NCBI GenBank assembly: GCA_963836235.1 | Contig: CAWIIP010000005.1 | Coordinates: forward strand, 69,353-133,352 | Direction of reading: 5' to 3' | Source: an uncultured Pseudomonadota bacterium | GTDB lineage: Bacteria; Oederibacteriota; Muellerivitia; Muellerivitales; Muellerivitaceae | Length of the DNA: 64,000 bases | Made by a program: the position numbers and the translations under genes | The notes under the pieces: model-generated | What the model saw: the letters and a program-made list of their open reading frames with translations, nothing else | Databases searched by the model: none | What the model was told of the DNA's origin: nothing | Part shown: positions 9,197 through 18,718 of the stretch, one piece after another | Layout: each line of letters starts with the position of its first letter | Position numbering within the stretch: the first letter of the stretch is position 1

Positions 9197-10321
9197 GTGA
9201 GCTTTTTCAAGCAAGATTGCAAACACTTCACTGGTGAGAAACCTTGTGCCCCCCACAAGGCCGAAGGCGTAGTCTGCCAGGACTGCCCTCGGTATGACTC
9301 CGTCAAGGAGCGGGTTTTAATCATCAAATTGGATGCTGCGGGGGACGTTTTGCGCTCCACTTCTATCCTCCCCGCCTTCAAAACCGGCAACCCAGGGCTT
9401 TCAGTCTGGTGGGTGACGGAAAACTCCTCAAAACCTCTTTTGGAAAAAAATCCCTATATCGATGTCCTTTTGGGAATCGACTCTGTTCTTCCAAGCCTTC
9501 TTTCCACCGTTTCTTTCGGCCGCGCCTTCAATTTCGATATGGGTCGAAAAGCCGCGGCCATTTTGGCCATGGCCAACAGCCAAGACAAAAAAGGTTTTGG
9601 CCTTTCCCCGGAAGGTTCCGTTATTCCCCTGGAAAAGTCGGCCGAAACCTGGTTTGAGATGGGCATTTTCGACACCATTAAGCGCGCCAACCAAAGAACT
9701 TACCAGGACCACTTATTCCAACTAGGTGGATTTAAATACCGGGGTGAAAAACCTCAATTGATCCTGACATCCAAGGAAAAAGAATGGGCCCAGGCTTTTG
9801 CCAAGAAAAACAAGCTTTCCAAGTTCAAAAAGATTGTGGGCCTCAACATTGGATCAGGCGGACGTTGGCCCATGAAACGCTGGCGTTTGGACGGGTTTGA
9901 GTGGCTGGCTAAGGCGCTAAAGAAAAAACAGCCACAAGCCGGCATCCTGCTCTATGGCGGTCCGGAAGAAAAAAACTTGATGCCGGACCTCGCCAAAAAA
10001 CTAAAAGGCCTTTGCCTGCCGACGGGCACGGAAAACACACTCCGCCAATTTGCTTCCCTAGTGGGTTTGGTTGACGTTCTGGTGACGGGCGACACCCTGG
10101 CCTTGCACGTGGCGGTAGCCTTGCAAAAGCGGCTCGTGGCTTATTTTGGTCCCACTTCGGATACTGAAATCGACCTTTATGAAAGTGGGGAAAAAGTGCT
10201 TCCCGTCTCTCCTTGCCAATGTTATTACCAGAGTCAATGCACCGTGAAGATTTCCTGTATGGACAACTTGAAGGAAAAAGACATGCTGGCGGCGGTTTTA
10301 AGGCAACTAAAACAAAGCTAA
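9197..10321 (+). CDS. GT9-family glycosyltransferase (heptosyltransferase-like) with N-terminal 4-Cys motif
   Basis: GT9 signatures: LIIKLDAAGDVLRSTSILPA near the N-terminal domain and VTGDTLALHVAVAL in the C-terminal domain. The first 35 aa carry C-x7-C-x10-C-x2-C. GTG start with no strong RBS. No alternative in-frame start occurs before the GT9 core. Confidence 0.7.
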   Translation: MSFFKQDCKHFTGEKPCAPHKAEGVVCQDCPRYDSVKERVLIIKLDAAGDVLRSTSILPAFKTGNPGLSVWWVTENSSKPLLEKNPYIDVLLGIDSVLPSLLSTVSFGRAFNFDMGRKAAAILAMANSQDKKGFGLSPEGSVIPLEKSAETWFEMGIFDTIKRANQRTYQDHLFQLGGFKYRGEKPQLILTSKEKEWAQAFAKKNKLSKFKKIVGLNIGSGGRWPMKRWRLDGFEWLAKALKKKQPQAGILLYGGPEEKNLMPDLAKKLKGLCLPTGTENTLRQFASLVGLVDVLVTGDTLALHVAVALQKRLVAYFGPTSDTEIDLYESGEKVLPVSPCQCYYQSQCTVKISCMDNLKEKDMLAAVLRQLKQS

Positions 10322-10356
10322 ATACGAATTTCAGATCATTGAGAGCGACTCCGCCA

Positions 10357-11085
10357 ATGAAGCTACTAAAAACCGTCATTATGGTTCCCACCTACAACGA
10401 AAGGGCCAATATTGCCGAATTGGTCAAACTGCTTCATAAAAGCGTTCCACAGGCTGAAATTTTGGTCGTTGACGACTCGTCTCCCGACGAAACTTTCACG
10501 GAAGTTAAAAAATTAATGAAGAGAGACAAAAAGCTGCATTTGCTATTAAGGGATCGATCCATCAAAGGCAGAGGCTGGGCTGGTCGGGATGGATTTATGA
10601 AAGGTCTTTTAATGGGGGCTGACGCTATAGTGGAAATGGACGCCGACTTGTCCCATCAGCCGAAATTTATCCCTGCTATGTTGAAGCCCCTTCTTATCAA
10701 GGAAGCGGATGTCGTCATCGGGAGCCGTTATATGGAGGGCGGTAAAGATATGGATCGCCCCTTTCACCGCCAATGGACCAGCAATTTTGCCCGCTATTAT
10801 TTGAAATTTTTCTTGGGTTTAAGCCCGAAGGATCCTACTTCCGGATTCCGTGTTTTTTCAAAAGAAGCTCTTAGAAAAATCAAGGTTGAAACCCTAACAG
10901 CCCGCGATCCCTTCACGGTTTCTGAAATCTTGTACCGTTGTTCACGGGCGAAATTGAGGATAAAAGAAGTCCCGATTGAATTTATCGACCGGACCCGGGG
11001 CGAATCCAAATTACACCTTACTACTCTTTTAAAATACCTGGGCCGAGCCCTCTTACTCAGGCTTGGCCCTAATCCTCTCAACTGA
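10357..11085 (+). CDS. GT2 polyprenol-phosphate mannose/glucose synthase (Dpm1-like)
   Basis: MKLLKTVIMVPTYNERANIAELV, VVDDSSPDET and the DAD motif (EMDADLSHQP) are typical of Dpm1/Ppm1-type synthases. Start chosen at ATG 10357. The ORF-track start at 10213 would overlap the GT9 gene by 109 nt. Confidence 0.75.
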   Translation: MKLLKTVIMVPTYNERANIAELVKLLHKSVPQAEILVVDDSSPDETFTEVKKLMKRDKKLHLLLRDRSIKGRGWAGRDGFMKGLLMGADAIVEMDADLSHQPKFIPAMLKPLLIKEADVVIGSRYMEGGKDMDRPFHRQWTSNFARYYLKFFLGLSPKDPTSGFRVFSKEALRKIKVETLTARDPFTVSEILYRCSRAKLRIKEVPIEFIDRTRGESKLHLTTLLKYLGRALLLRLGPNPLN

Positions 11086-11134
11086 TAAAACCAATCTTTA
11101 ATTCCGTCAGGTAAAAAAATAAAGCAAAATTGTA

Positions 11135-11174
11135 GAAATAAAATTTTTCGTTTAAGTGCTGAAAATTTTATTTC
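11135..11174. terminator. AT-rich perfect inverted repeat between convergent genes (possible bidirectional terminator)
   Basis: GAAATAAAATTTT (11135-11147) and AAAATTTTATTTC (11162-11174) are perfect reverse complements around a 14-nt loop. T-runs lie on both sides. The element sits between the GT2 stop (11085) and the convergent MTase stop (11168). Confidence 0.3.
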
Positions 11175-11887
11175 TTGGCGGCGACATAATACTGAGCGCC
11201 CAAAGGAAGCCAGCTGAGGCCCCGATCAAACGAGCGGAAAAGACCGCCTCGAAAAGGAGTGAATAAAATATATTTCTTTTCAACGACCTCCACTGGCGCC
11301 TGCCCCATAAGTTTTTCCACCTGTCTCGTCCTCAAAAGAATGGCATCGTCATCCATATCACAGTTAGAAACCGCGATTTGAGTAAGGGGATTCCAGGGAT
11401 TGTGCTCAAAAATGGCGATCAATCCCCCTTTTTTTGTCACCCGGGCCATCTCACTAACAAATTGGCTCAGTCCATCCGGCATCACGTGATGCATAACGCA
11501 AATGGCAAAGGTGATATCCATGGATTGGGAAGGATAAGGAAGGATTTTCCCAGCGTAATGGCGGTAAGACCCTTGGGAATTCAATGCGGCAGCTTTCTGA
11601 ACAACTCCCCGGCTTAAATCCACGCCATAAAGTTTACGGAAATACCTGATTAAATAATAATCGGTGATCCCCACCCCACAGCCGACATCCAAAATTTTCA
11701 GTTTCGAGGGATCGCCTACATGCCGGCGCGTTAAATCCAGAAGATAGTCCGCTTTGACTTGGGTAAAAAAATCCAAATCCTGGCCGATAAATGATATTGA
11801 CTCTTGGATTTCCTGACGATAAGTGTCTTTATAACGCTCAAATTCGACTCGAGATGGAATGTCTAATTTAAAACGTTTGGAATTCAT
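11168..11887 (-). CDS. Class I SAM-dependent methyltransferase
   Basis: Motif I LKILDVGCGVGITDYYL, acidic D in VDLS, and motif III-like ITFAICVMHHV. 239 aa. Confidence 0.75.
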   Translation of the reverse strand: MNSKRFKLDIPSRVEFERYKDTYRQEIQESISFIGQDLDFFTQVKADYLLDLTRRHVGDPSKLKILDVGCGVGITDYYLIRYFRKLYGVDLSRGVVQKAAALNSQGSYRHYAGKILPYPSQSMDITFAICVMHHVMPDGLSQFVSEMARVTKKGGLIAIFEHNPWNPLTQIAVSNCDMDDDAILLRTRQVEKLMGQAPVEVVEKKYILFTPFRGGLFRSFDRGLSWLPLGAQYYVAAKK

Positions 11888-12104
11888 GCATTTTCCAATT
11901 TTAAGCGTTATTGAAATACTCGATGGGTATTTTAAACTGGGATAAGTTTATCATAACTACTTTAGGATCCAGGCAAAATTTCAAAACCGCTTTCTCAAAA
12001 ACTCACCCGGTATTTTGAAAGTTTTCTCTATCCCGCGCCCATGGAAAAGAAGGCTCTATCAATTAACCGTGACTTCCTCCTTTTTTACTTTACTAAAAGT
12101 CATT

Positions 12105-12386
12105 TCAAAAACTTTTAAAGAACAATAGGTACATAGAACCACCATAGGTCTTCAATACCCGGTCATAGCGCACCAAGACACTCGGGAAATTGGCAATCAG
12201 CTGATAATTTGTTCCGCAACCACAGTTTCCGATACCGTTTGAGCATCTATCCTGGTCGATAACCTTCCGGTTGTTGCGTCGGACCAGAATAATGGGTTGA
12301 ATGCGCCTCCTCTTTAGAAGCTTTCGGACTTTATTGAAGTCGCATCCCCAGTCAGCGATCAGCCTTTCAGGTTTTCTCTCTACCAC
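12105..12386 (-). mobile_element. IS5-family (DDE_Tnp_1) transposase C-terminal remnant
   Basis: The 93-aa ORF ends ...LIADWGCDF...NCGCGTNYQLIANFPSVLVRYDRVLKTYGGSMYLLFF. This matches the conserved C-terminal block of IS5/IS4-type transposases (LIADKGYD ... ERTNxxLKxFKRLxxRYEK). The expected ~200-aa N-terminal part is missing. Only about 380 bp of non-coding DNA follows before the next gene. Confidence 0.55.
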
Positions 12387-12767
12387 TTGGACTATCCAAG
12401 GTCACTTCCAGAAGCTTCACTTCCGACAGGGACGCTGAGTCCCGATATGTTCGTAATGGAGCATCCGCGTCATCGACCAGAACCATACATTTTGTTCCTT
12501 TCCCCCTCTTGGTTTTCCTGATTTTAAAACACATTTTTTAGCCCGGAAAAAGGATCCGTCAAGGAAGCACTCAAATCCGTCCCGAATTGGTAGCCGCCTC
12601 TTTGAATGGATAGATTAAATTCTTGATGTGATTTTTCTACCAAGACATGGTAAGAAAAGACGAAACGTATCATCCTCTACCCAAGGTTTTGACAAACAAA
12701 AGTCCTAAAATTGATACCTCAACCCAAAACATTAAACAGCAAATATCCTGAGCGCCCCAACCAATAA

Positions 12768-14813
12768 TCATTTCGAAGTTTGGCTTTCAAAAGGAATTAG
12801 CTTTTGATGGATAAGTTCATGGGCAAATATGGTCCCCAGCAAAGTATGCCCATTATGGTTGAAATGATAAATACCGCCGTGCTCTGCGGTGGGATAGGAG
12901 CTCGCTTTCAAAACGGACATTTGATCCGTCAGATCCATGAACGAAAGACCACTTCTCGCGCAAACGTCTTTCCAGAAAAGACGGTAAGGTTCGTTAGGAT
13001 ATTCCGAATCACCAATATTTCCAATTGGAAGAAACCAAAGTCCAAACATCATTGGTTTCCCATCCTTCGTTTTCATCTTTTCAATCTTTTTTCCTAATAA
13101 AACCGATGGTTTGCCGACCAATTGAATCAAATCCTCCCGAACATCCCCATCTCCCAACATCTGGTCCATTGGGACAAAGGTTTCAAGATTGCCGGCCTTA
13201 CCGAAATGATTTTCGATACACCGATGGTAAAAATCCTTTAAGACAGGGCTTTCTTCCGCTCGCTGGTCCAACGGTTTCAAAAAAAATTCCGTGTCCACGT
13301 TTTCACCCGGAATCCCATCCTTCGTTAAAGGGCTAAAAAAATACGGTTTGTACTGATCCTCCGTGGAAGGCGTCATCACCAAAAGACAAAGATCGATGTC
13401 GTAGGTCTGGAGAACAGGTGGAACTTCATAATAGGGCCACAAACCTAGAAAAAAGGTTCCGTCACGCCCTAAGCTCAATACCTGGAAGTGAACCGGAACA
13501 TCCTCCAGGGCTCCCCAAGTGTTCAACATCTGCTCAAGCCGTTTGGGAAATGTTTCCATTCGGTTGTAACCCCAATCCCATCTTTTTTTATATTCATCAC
13601 TATTGGTATGAACAGTATGGGAATCCCCGACGATAAGGATCCGAAAAGTATTAGGGGGTTTTGCGGCGGGAAAATCAAAATCCGTAATGCCTCCCGCCGT
13701 TCTTCGATCCCATACAAAATCGGTGTCCTTGTACTTGTCAAAACGGTAATCCCGAAGACTGAAAATCACATTGCGGTTGGACATTGAAACAAAAAACCGC
13801 TTAGGATCCGCCGGATCGGCGACAAAACCTGGCAAGTAAGGTATGTAGTTCATCAAAACCGAGAGGTCGGGTTCACCTTTGTCTTGAATAAAGTCTCCCC
13901 AGACCGACATCATTTTAAGCGGACCGGCTTCGTTGGCGGGGGCGATTTGTACCCAATCGTTACCCTGACCCCAAGGCAATCCGTACAAAACGTCACCGGA
14001 AGAGGCTATAGCAGATATTGGGGTCACGCTTTTACCGACCATCGAAATTGCGACTTGGGCGGTTAGGGTTCCAGCGCCGGGTTCCAATTCATATACCGCA
14101 TTCGATACTCCGTCACCGACACAAACATGATTTCCGTAAACACATATTCCCCAAGGATGCGTCATTTCCAACCGGCCTTGGACAACGTTTGAAAACAACT
14201 GTTTTTCCATATCTAGTTTCGAAACTATTCCTTCACCGCTCCGGGTAAAATAAATAGAATTTTCCTCGGGAAAAAAAATCATGTCGCCCACGTCTGCGAT
14301 GGTATCTAACACACTGCCATCAGAAGTCTTAGGATGAAGCGTTGACACCATTTGCGTGTTCAAATTGACAAGGCGGAGACGGCCCTGATCGTAAACTACC
14401 AACTGGTTCGTTGGCAAGAAGACTAAAAGACTAGGTTTGTTAAAAGTAGTTTTTGGAAAAGAACCATCTTTGTTGCCCCTTATGGATGAACCCGCAAGCG
14501 TTTGGACTTCATTATTCTTGTCCAATCCGACAACCCGAATTCGGTGATTTTCAGCATCAGCTACAAAAAGTCGGGTTCCCTTTGCGTCAACCGCGAGGCC
14601 TTGTGGCGTGTCGAATAAAGCCGAAATAAACGAGCCGTCACGGAACCCCCTTGCCCCCTGTCCGGCAACAAGATCGTTATACTCCACCATGGGCGTTATT
14701 CCCCACAGTTTCGGGGAAAGTATTAGAAATAAAAAAATTATTTTTTTCAAAGTCCGCCTTATTGTGCAGGATTTCCGAAATGACCTTTCATCGACGCGAA
14801 ATACGTTTACCAA
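12768..14813 (-). CDS. Secreted/anchored NHL beta-propeller fused to SGNH/GDSL-type hydrolase domain
   Basis: N-terminal hydrophobic signal/anchor, then NHL blades (LAVDAKGTRLFVADAENHRIRVV). The C-terminal ~300 aa carry the SGNH block-I motif RILIVGDSHTVHTN. The true start may be an internal TTG/ATG near 14750. Confidence 0.65.
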   Translation of the reverse strand: MVNVFRVDERSFRKSCTIRRTLKKIIFLFLILSPKLWGITPMVEYNDLVAGQGARGFRDGSFISALFDTPQGLAVDAKGTRLFVADAENHRIRVVGLDKNNEVQTLAGSSIRGNKDGSFPKTTFNKPSLLVFLPTNQLVVYDQGRLRLVNLNTQMVSTLHPKTSDGSVLDTIADVGDMIFFPEENSIYFTRSGEGIVSKLDMEKQLFSNVVQGRLEMTHPWGICVYGNHVCVGDGVSNAVYELEPGAGTLTAQVAISMVGKSVTPISAIASSGDVLYGLPWGQGNDWVQIAPANEAGPLKMMSVWGDFIQDKGEPDLSVLMNYIPYLPGFVADPADPKRFFVSMSNRNVIFSLRDYRFDKYKDTDFVWDRRTAGGITDFDFPAAKPPNTFRILIVGDSHTVHTNSDEYKKRWDWGYNRMETFPKRLEQMLNTWGALEDVPVHFQVLSLGRDGTFFLGLWPYYEVPPVLQTYDIDLCLLVMTPSTEDQYKPYFFSPLTKDGIPGENVDTEFFLKPLDQRAEESPVLKDFYHRCIENHFGKAGNLETFVPMDQMLGDGDVREDLIQLVGKPSVLLGKKIEKMKTKDGKPMMFGLWFLPIGNIGDSEYPNEPYRLFWKDVCARSGLSFMDLTDQMSVLKASSYPTAEHGGIYHFNHNGHTLLGTIFAHELIHQKLIPFESQTSK

Positions 14814-15265
14814 TTACAACACACCCTTCCTGCCCTACCACTCTATGCTACCTGATCGTGTTTATGACCATTCGACATATCAGGAAGTCGATGCTCACTA
14901 GTTTGGTATCGTCATATTTTTAAGAAGCCAGGAAATCGAAGATCAATTGACGGCTAAATTCTTTCGTCTTTCATTGCGCATTCCCCTGAATTCAATCAGC
15001 CAGAAGGCGGTTTCCAATCAACTCTTTCAAACAACACTTTTTCCAACTCATAATGGTTGTCAACCCGTCATAAGTAGGATTTACCCTCATTAAGCTTCAT
15101 TTTAAAAACCCATCAAAAACCTCTGAAGATTCCTTTCGCCAGTTTATCCGTTGTTTTTTCTCCGGTAGTCTCCAAAGTGAAAGATGTCGCAACCATCATG
15201 CGAAAGATGTTCTATTTACTTTAAATAAATTTCATCTGAAAAACCCGAAATCGAAGCCTCTTAAC

Positions 15266-18200
15266 TCAAGGAACTTCACCAAAAACCGAGGTCGGCATGA
15301 CCTCTCGTTTACCGTCGGGCTTGACCCAATAAAGGTTAAAGTTTGAAAGGTTGGACCCGGTCCTCCAACCATAGATATCTATGGAATGCTTACCGGCCAT
15401 CAGATAGATTTCTTGGTTTTGTCCATTCGCCATTTCTGGAGTTTTATTATCAATCTTCAGTTCCTTTTGGCTGTCCGTTTGGATAAAAAACTGGTAATGC
15501 CCCGACTCCGCCACGTTGAACTTCCCGATCCAATGGACGGCGCTGGCAGGCACGGTGAAATCATTACCATTAGTATAATTTAAAATCGGGTCATATTCGG
15601 ACAAGTAGGGTGTTTCGCTCCAATTCGGCCCACGAAGATAGTCTCCCTTAAGCCCTCTGAAGGGTGGCAAGCTATCAAATGCGCCCGCGTCCAACAAAGT
15701 CGGAACTCCCTTCTCACTCACTTGTTGTATCTGGAGGTTGGGCTTAACTCCTTCCGGCACGTCCATTTTGACTTTCACCGGATAATAGCCCTTAATCAAG
15801 GACTCGAAACGGGAAGAAGAACGGGTCTTCCCTACTTTCAAAACGACCGGAAAATCCGCCTTAATCACCCATTGGTAATTCCCAGGTACATCCACGTAAA
15901 GATGCCCGGTTAAGGTCACGTGATAAGGTCCAGCCGGAAGACCCGATGGGAATTGGGCGATTTGCTGATCCGTTTTCCCGCCAACTTCTCGATCAAAATG
16001 AGCCGTCAGGCCCCGAACCTTAGCAACTTCTTCAGCTGGGACTTTATAGAAATACTCCACCGTGTTTCCCGCAGGATCCACCATGTACTCATCATGACCA
16101 CCCGGGTAAAAATATTGAAGCATAGGAATGAATCCCGTCTTCCCTTCTTCCATGGCAAAGTAGAGGCCCCGGGAAGTATCGGCACTATGAGAAATGAGGG
16201 AATTCGGCATTAACAATGGAAAGGTTTGCTTTTGATAAAAATAGCCTAAAAAATCAATGGTGTAATAATTGTAGTAGTCGGGCGAGACATAGTAATTATA
16301 GGCATCGCCGTTTTTTTGAATGATACGGCCTACCATTGTTTGCTGGGGGGCATATTCATGCCACCCGCCGAAGCTTTTGGCCTGTTTATTGAAATAAACA
16401 TCGAAATTCTGGGCGGCCATCAGCCACAGGAAGGGAGCCAAGAAAACAAGGAACATCCATTCATTTTTTTCTCCGCCAAAGCTTTTTATTCTTCCCCAAA
16501 AGGCAGATATCGGCGCGGCCACAAAAAAAGCGATGAAAGGCGTCAAGGCGAATAAACGATTGGCATGGGCGGCATCGATGGAAAGAACGCAAGGCAGGCT
16601 CATCACCAGGAAACCTACCACAACATAAAAATACTTCCGGCGGAACACGCGAAAAATGGAATAGGCAATTCCCAAAACAAAAAGGGCGCCTGAAATATCG
16701 TCCAGCATGCGATAATCCTGAAGATTATGGCGGGCATTGGGATCCCCCAGTCGGTTAAACATAATGGCGGTGCGCCCGACCACTTGCAGAAATTGTTTGA
16801 GGCCATGAACCATCAAGTCGTGCTCCCGAGTCTGGGGGTTCCAAATGACGGGAAGACAAAGAACTATGGATAATCCCGCGAATAATGCGATTTCTTTCCA
16901 AAGAATCCTGACTATCTTGAAATTAACAAAAACCTCATACAAACCATAAATAAGTATAAGTAGGGGAAAAACTTTATAAGCCTGGTAAGTGTATGCCCCT
17001 GCCACAAAAAAACCGGCCGCGATAAGGGTCGCCACAAGCGGCTCCCGATTTTTCGAGGTTTTAACTAAAAAGGTCAGAAAAGAAAGAACGGCTAGAGTTA
17101 AAACCCCCGATAAGATAGCCAGTGGTAAACGCATTTGTAATAACATCGAATAAAAAGAAAAAAAGGCGAAAGGGAAAACACCTAAGACAAAGAATGCGCA
17201 AGATCCAATGGTCATTGCGTAAAATAGCTGTTTCTTAGAAGACTTACTCCCATGAATGGCATAAATCAAAAAAGCAATGGTCCCAAACATATAAAGGGAC
17301 ATCTGAACGGTAGGAAACCCGTTCCGGCTGAAATTAATATTCCAACGCATGACAGCTAGGATGAAAAGAGAAAGCAAAGCTATGCGAATTCCCGCCAACT
17401 GCCGAAAAGTCCAATAAATAAGAGGAAAACCAAGAAGTCCTAAAAAGGCGTAAAAAAGCTTTAGGCTTACTTCGTTAGAACCAAACAGCTTAAACCAAAG
17501 AGCCAACTGGAAAAGGGCTAAAGAATAAGCGTGAAATACATCTTCCACATAAAAAGGATGCCAGCCTTCATGCAGAATCCGAAGAGCCGCAAGCCCCTCA
17601 AAACCCTGGTCAATAAATAATCCCGATGGGACAGAGGCAATTTGGTAAGCCCGCATGAAAATGGCCACAACCATGACAAAAACCAAAAAAAACATTTCCC
17701 ACTTAAAATCCAGGGATACCTTCTTCAACTGCTCACGGTACCAAGGCCAAAAGCTGGTTATAAATAAAATAACCGCCGCCAGGAAAAACCATGCTCCCTT
17801 AGGAAAAGTGGAGGCCTCCGCCGATTGGGCCCAATAATTCTGGCCAATCCCGGCCAGGACGAGCGAAACCACCGCCCCAAACCCTCGCAAAACAGCTAAA
17901 GGTTGGATAGTTTTAATGGGGAAGGATGAAAAGGATATCTTTGAAGGCCGTATTTTTATTTCCCTTCTCCTCTTTTGAGGGCGAATGAATGAATATCTCT
18001 TTTTTCGGAATAAGAAAATAATTTCTTCTTCAAAATACGTTGCCAATCCCAAACAAACCGCCAACAAGGAGATGGTTAAACCCCAACCGGATCGACCTTT
18101 AAAAATAAAAACTTGTCCAAGAACCAACAGACCTAAGGCGATAAAATATATAAAATTTATGACATTTTTATTTTTTTGAAGGGGCATTGCTCTATTTGAA

Positions 18201-18286
18201 AAAGCTGTCGGTAAGTTCTTCTTTGCCGCCAGCTTTCCTTTATGCTTTTTGGATGGCAAGCTCGGCTCCTCTTGACCAAAGTTCAA
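15266..18286 (-). CDS. PMT/ArnT-like GT-C membrane glycosyltransferase (GT39/GT83-like) with two C-terminal PA14-like domains
   Basis: About 13 TM helices. The first periplasmic loop is RAYQIASVPSGLFIDQGFEGLAALRILHEGWHPFYVEDVFHAYSLALFQL, typical of PMT_2/ArnT enzymes. The C-terminal soluble region has two PA14-like segments (GHLYVDVPGNYQWVIKADFPVVLKVG and GKFNVAESGHYQFFIQTDSQKELKIDNK). Confidence 0.7.
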   Translation of the reverse strand: MNFGQEEPSLPSKKHKGKLAAKKNLPTAFSNRAMPLQKNKNVINFIYFIALGLLVLGQVFIFKGRSGWGLTISLLAVCLGLATYFEEEIIFLFRKKRYSFIRPQKRRREIKIRPSKISFSSFPIKTIQPLAVLRGFGAVVSLVLAGIGQNYWAQSAEASTFPKGAWFFLAAVILFITSFWPWYREQLKKVSLDFKWEMFFLVFVMVVAIFMRAYQIASVPSGLFIDQGFEGLAALRILHEGWHPFYVEDVFHAYSLALFQLALWFKLFGSNEVSLKLFYAFLGLLGFPLIYWTFRQLAGIRIALLSLFILAVMRWNINFSRNGFPTVQMSLYMFGTIAFLIYAIHGSKSSKKQLFYAMTIGSCAFFVLGVFPFAFFSFYSMLLQMRLPLAILSGVLTLAVLSFLTFLVKTSKNREPLVATLIAAGFFVAGAYTYQAYKVFPLLILIYGLYEVFVNFKIVRILWKEIALFAGLSIVLCLPVIWNPQTREHDLMVHGLKQFLQVVGRTAIMFNRLGDPNARHNLQDYRMLDDISGALFVLGIAYSIFRVFRRKYFYVVVGFLVMSLPCVLSIDAAHANRLFALTPFIAFFVAAPISAFWGRIKSFGGEKNEWMFLVFLAPFLWLMAAQNFDVYFNKQAKSFGGWHEYAPQQTMVGRIIQKNGDAYNYYVSPDYYNYYTIDFLGYFYQKQTFPLLMPNSLISHSADTSRGLYFAMEEGKTGFIPMLQYFYPGGHDEYMVDPAGNTVEYFYKVPAEEVAKVRGLTAHFDREVGGKTDQQIAQFPSGLPAGPYHVTLTGHLYVDVPGNYQWVIKADFPVVLKVGKTRSSSRFESLIKGYYPVKVKMDVPEGVKPNLQIQQVSEKGVPTLLDAGAFDSLPPFRGLKGDYLRGPNWSETPYLSEYDPILNYTNGNDFTVPASAVHWIGKFNVAESGHYQFFIQTDSQKELKIDNKTPEMANGQNQEIYLMAGKHSIDIYGWRTGSNLSNFNLYWVKPDGKREVMPTSVFGEVP

Positions 18287-18718
18287 TCACGGTTTCTCAA
18301 ACAGGCTAGATTTTATTACCTTAACCAGCCTTAAAGAAGGATGAAATGTGATTTCAGCTGGTAAAACAAGTAAAAACCCTCAACTTTTTTAAAAAAATAT
18401 TTTCTTTTTCATCGGTTTTAAAAAATATACTCTTAAGCATAAAAGCTCTCTTCGTTTTATTCCAACTTACTCCCATGAAGCTTTAAAACCGAATAAGCAT
18501 CTATTTAAACAAGATGCCGGGCCAAAACCCCGGGAAGCCTTCCCTGACCGAAGAAATCATATTGAATATAGTTTGACTTCCGGCTTACAAAAAAATTTTA
18601 AAATCATTAAGAAGACCGCCCGTTAAAAAAACTAGTAACACGGTTAAAATGATCAACTTAATCATGATCATTTTTTGCGACTTTTTAAAAAATTTTAAAA
18701 ATTTTTTTCCAAATGTTA

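Noticed and set aside
9059-9256. 65-aa minus-strand ORF between the NHL and GT9 genes
   Set aside because: It overlaps the 5' end of the GT9 gene. It has no RBS, no recognisable motif and no TM or signal features.
10213-10356. Upstream extension of the Dpm1-like GT2 ORF
   Set aside because: It would overlap the GT9 gene by 109 nt. Dpm1-type enzymes begin right at the xVxPTYNE motif, which here follows ATG 10357.
12386-12767. Possible further coding sequence upstream of the transposase remnant
   Set aside because: No ORF of meaningful length is present and stops occur in all frames. This is best read as a decayed IS interior or non-coding DNA.
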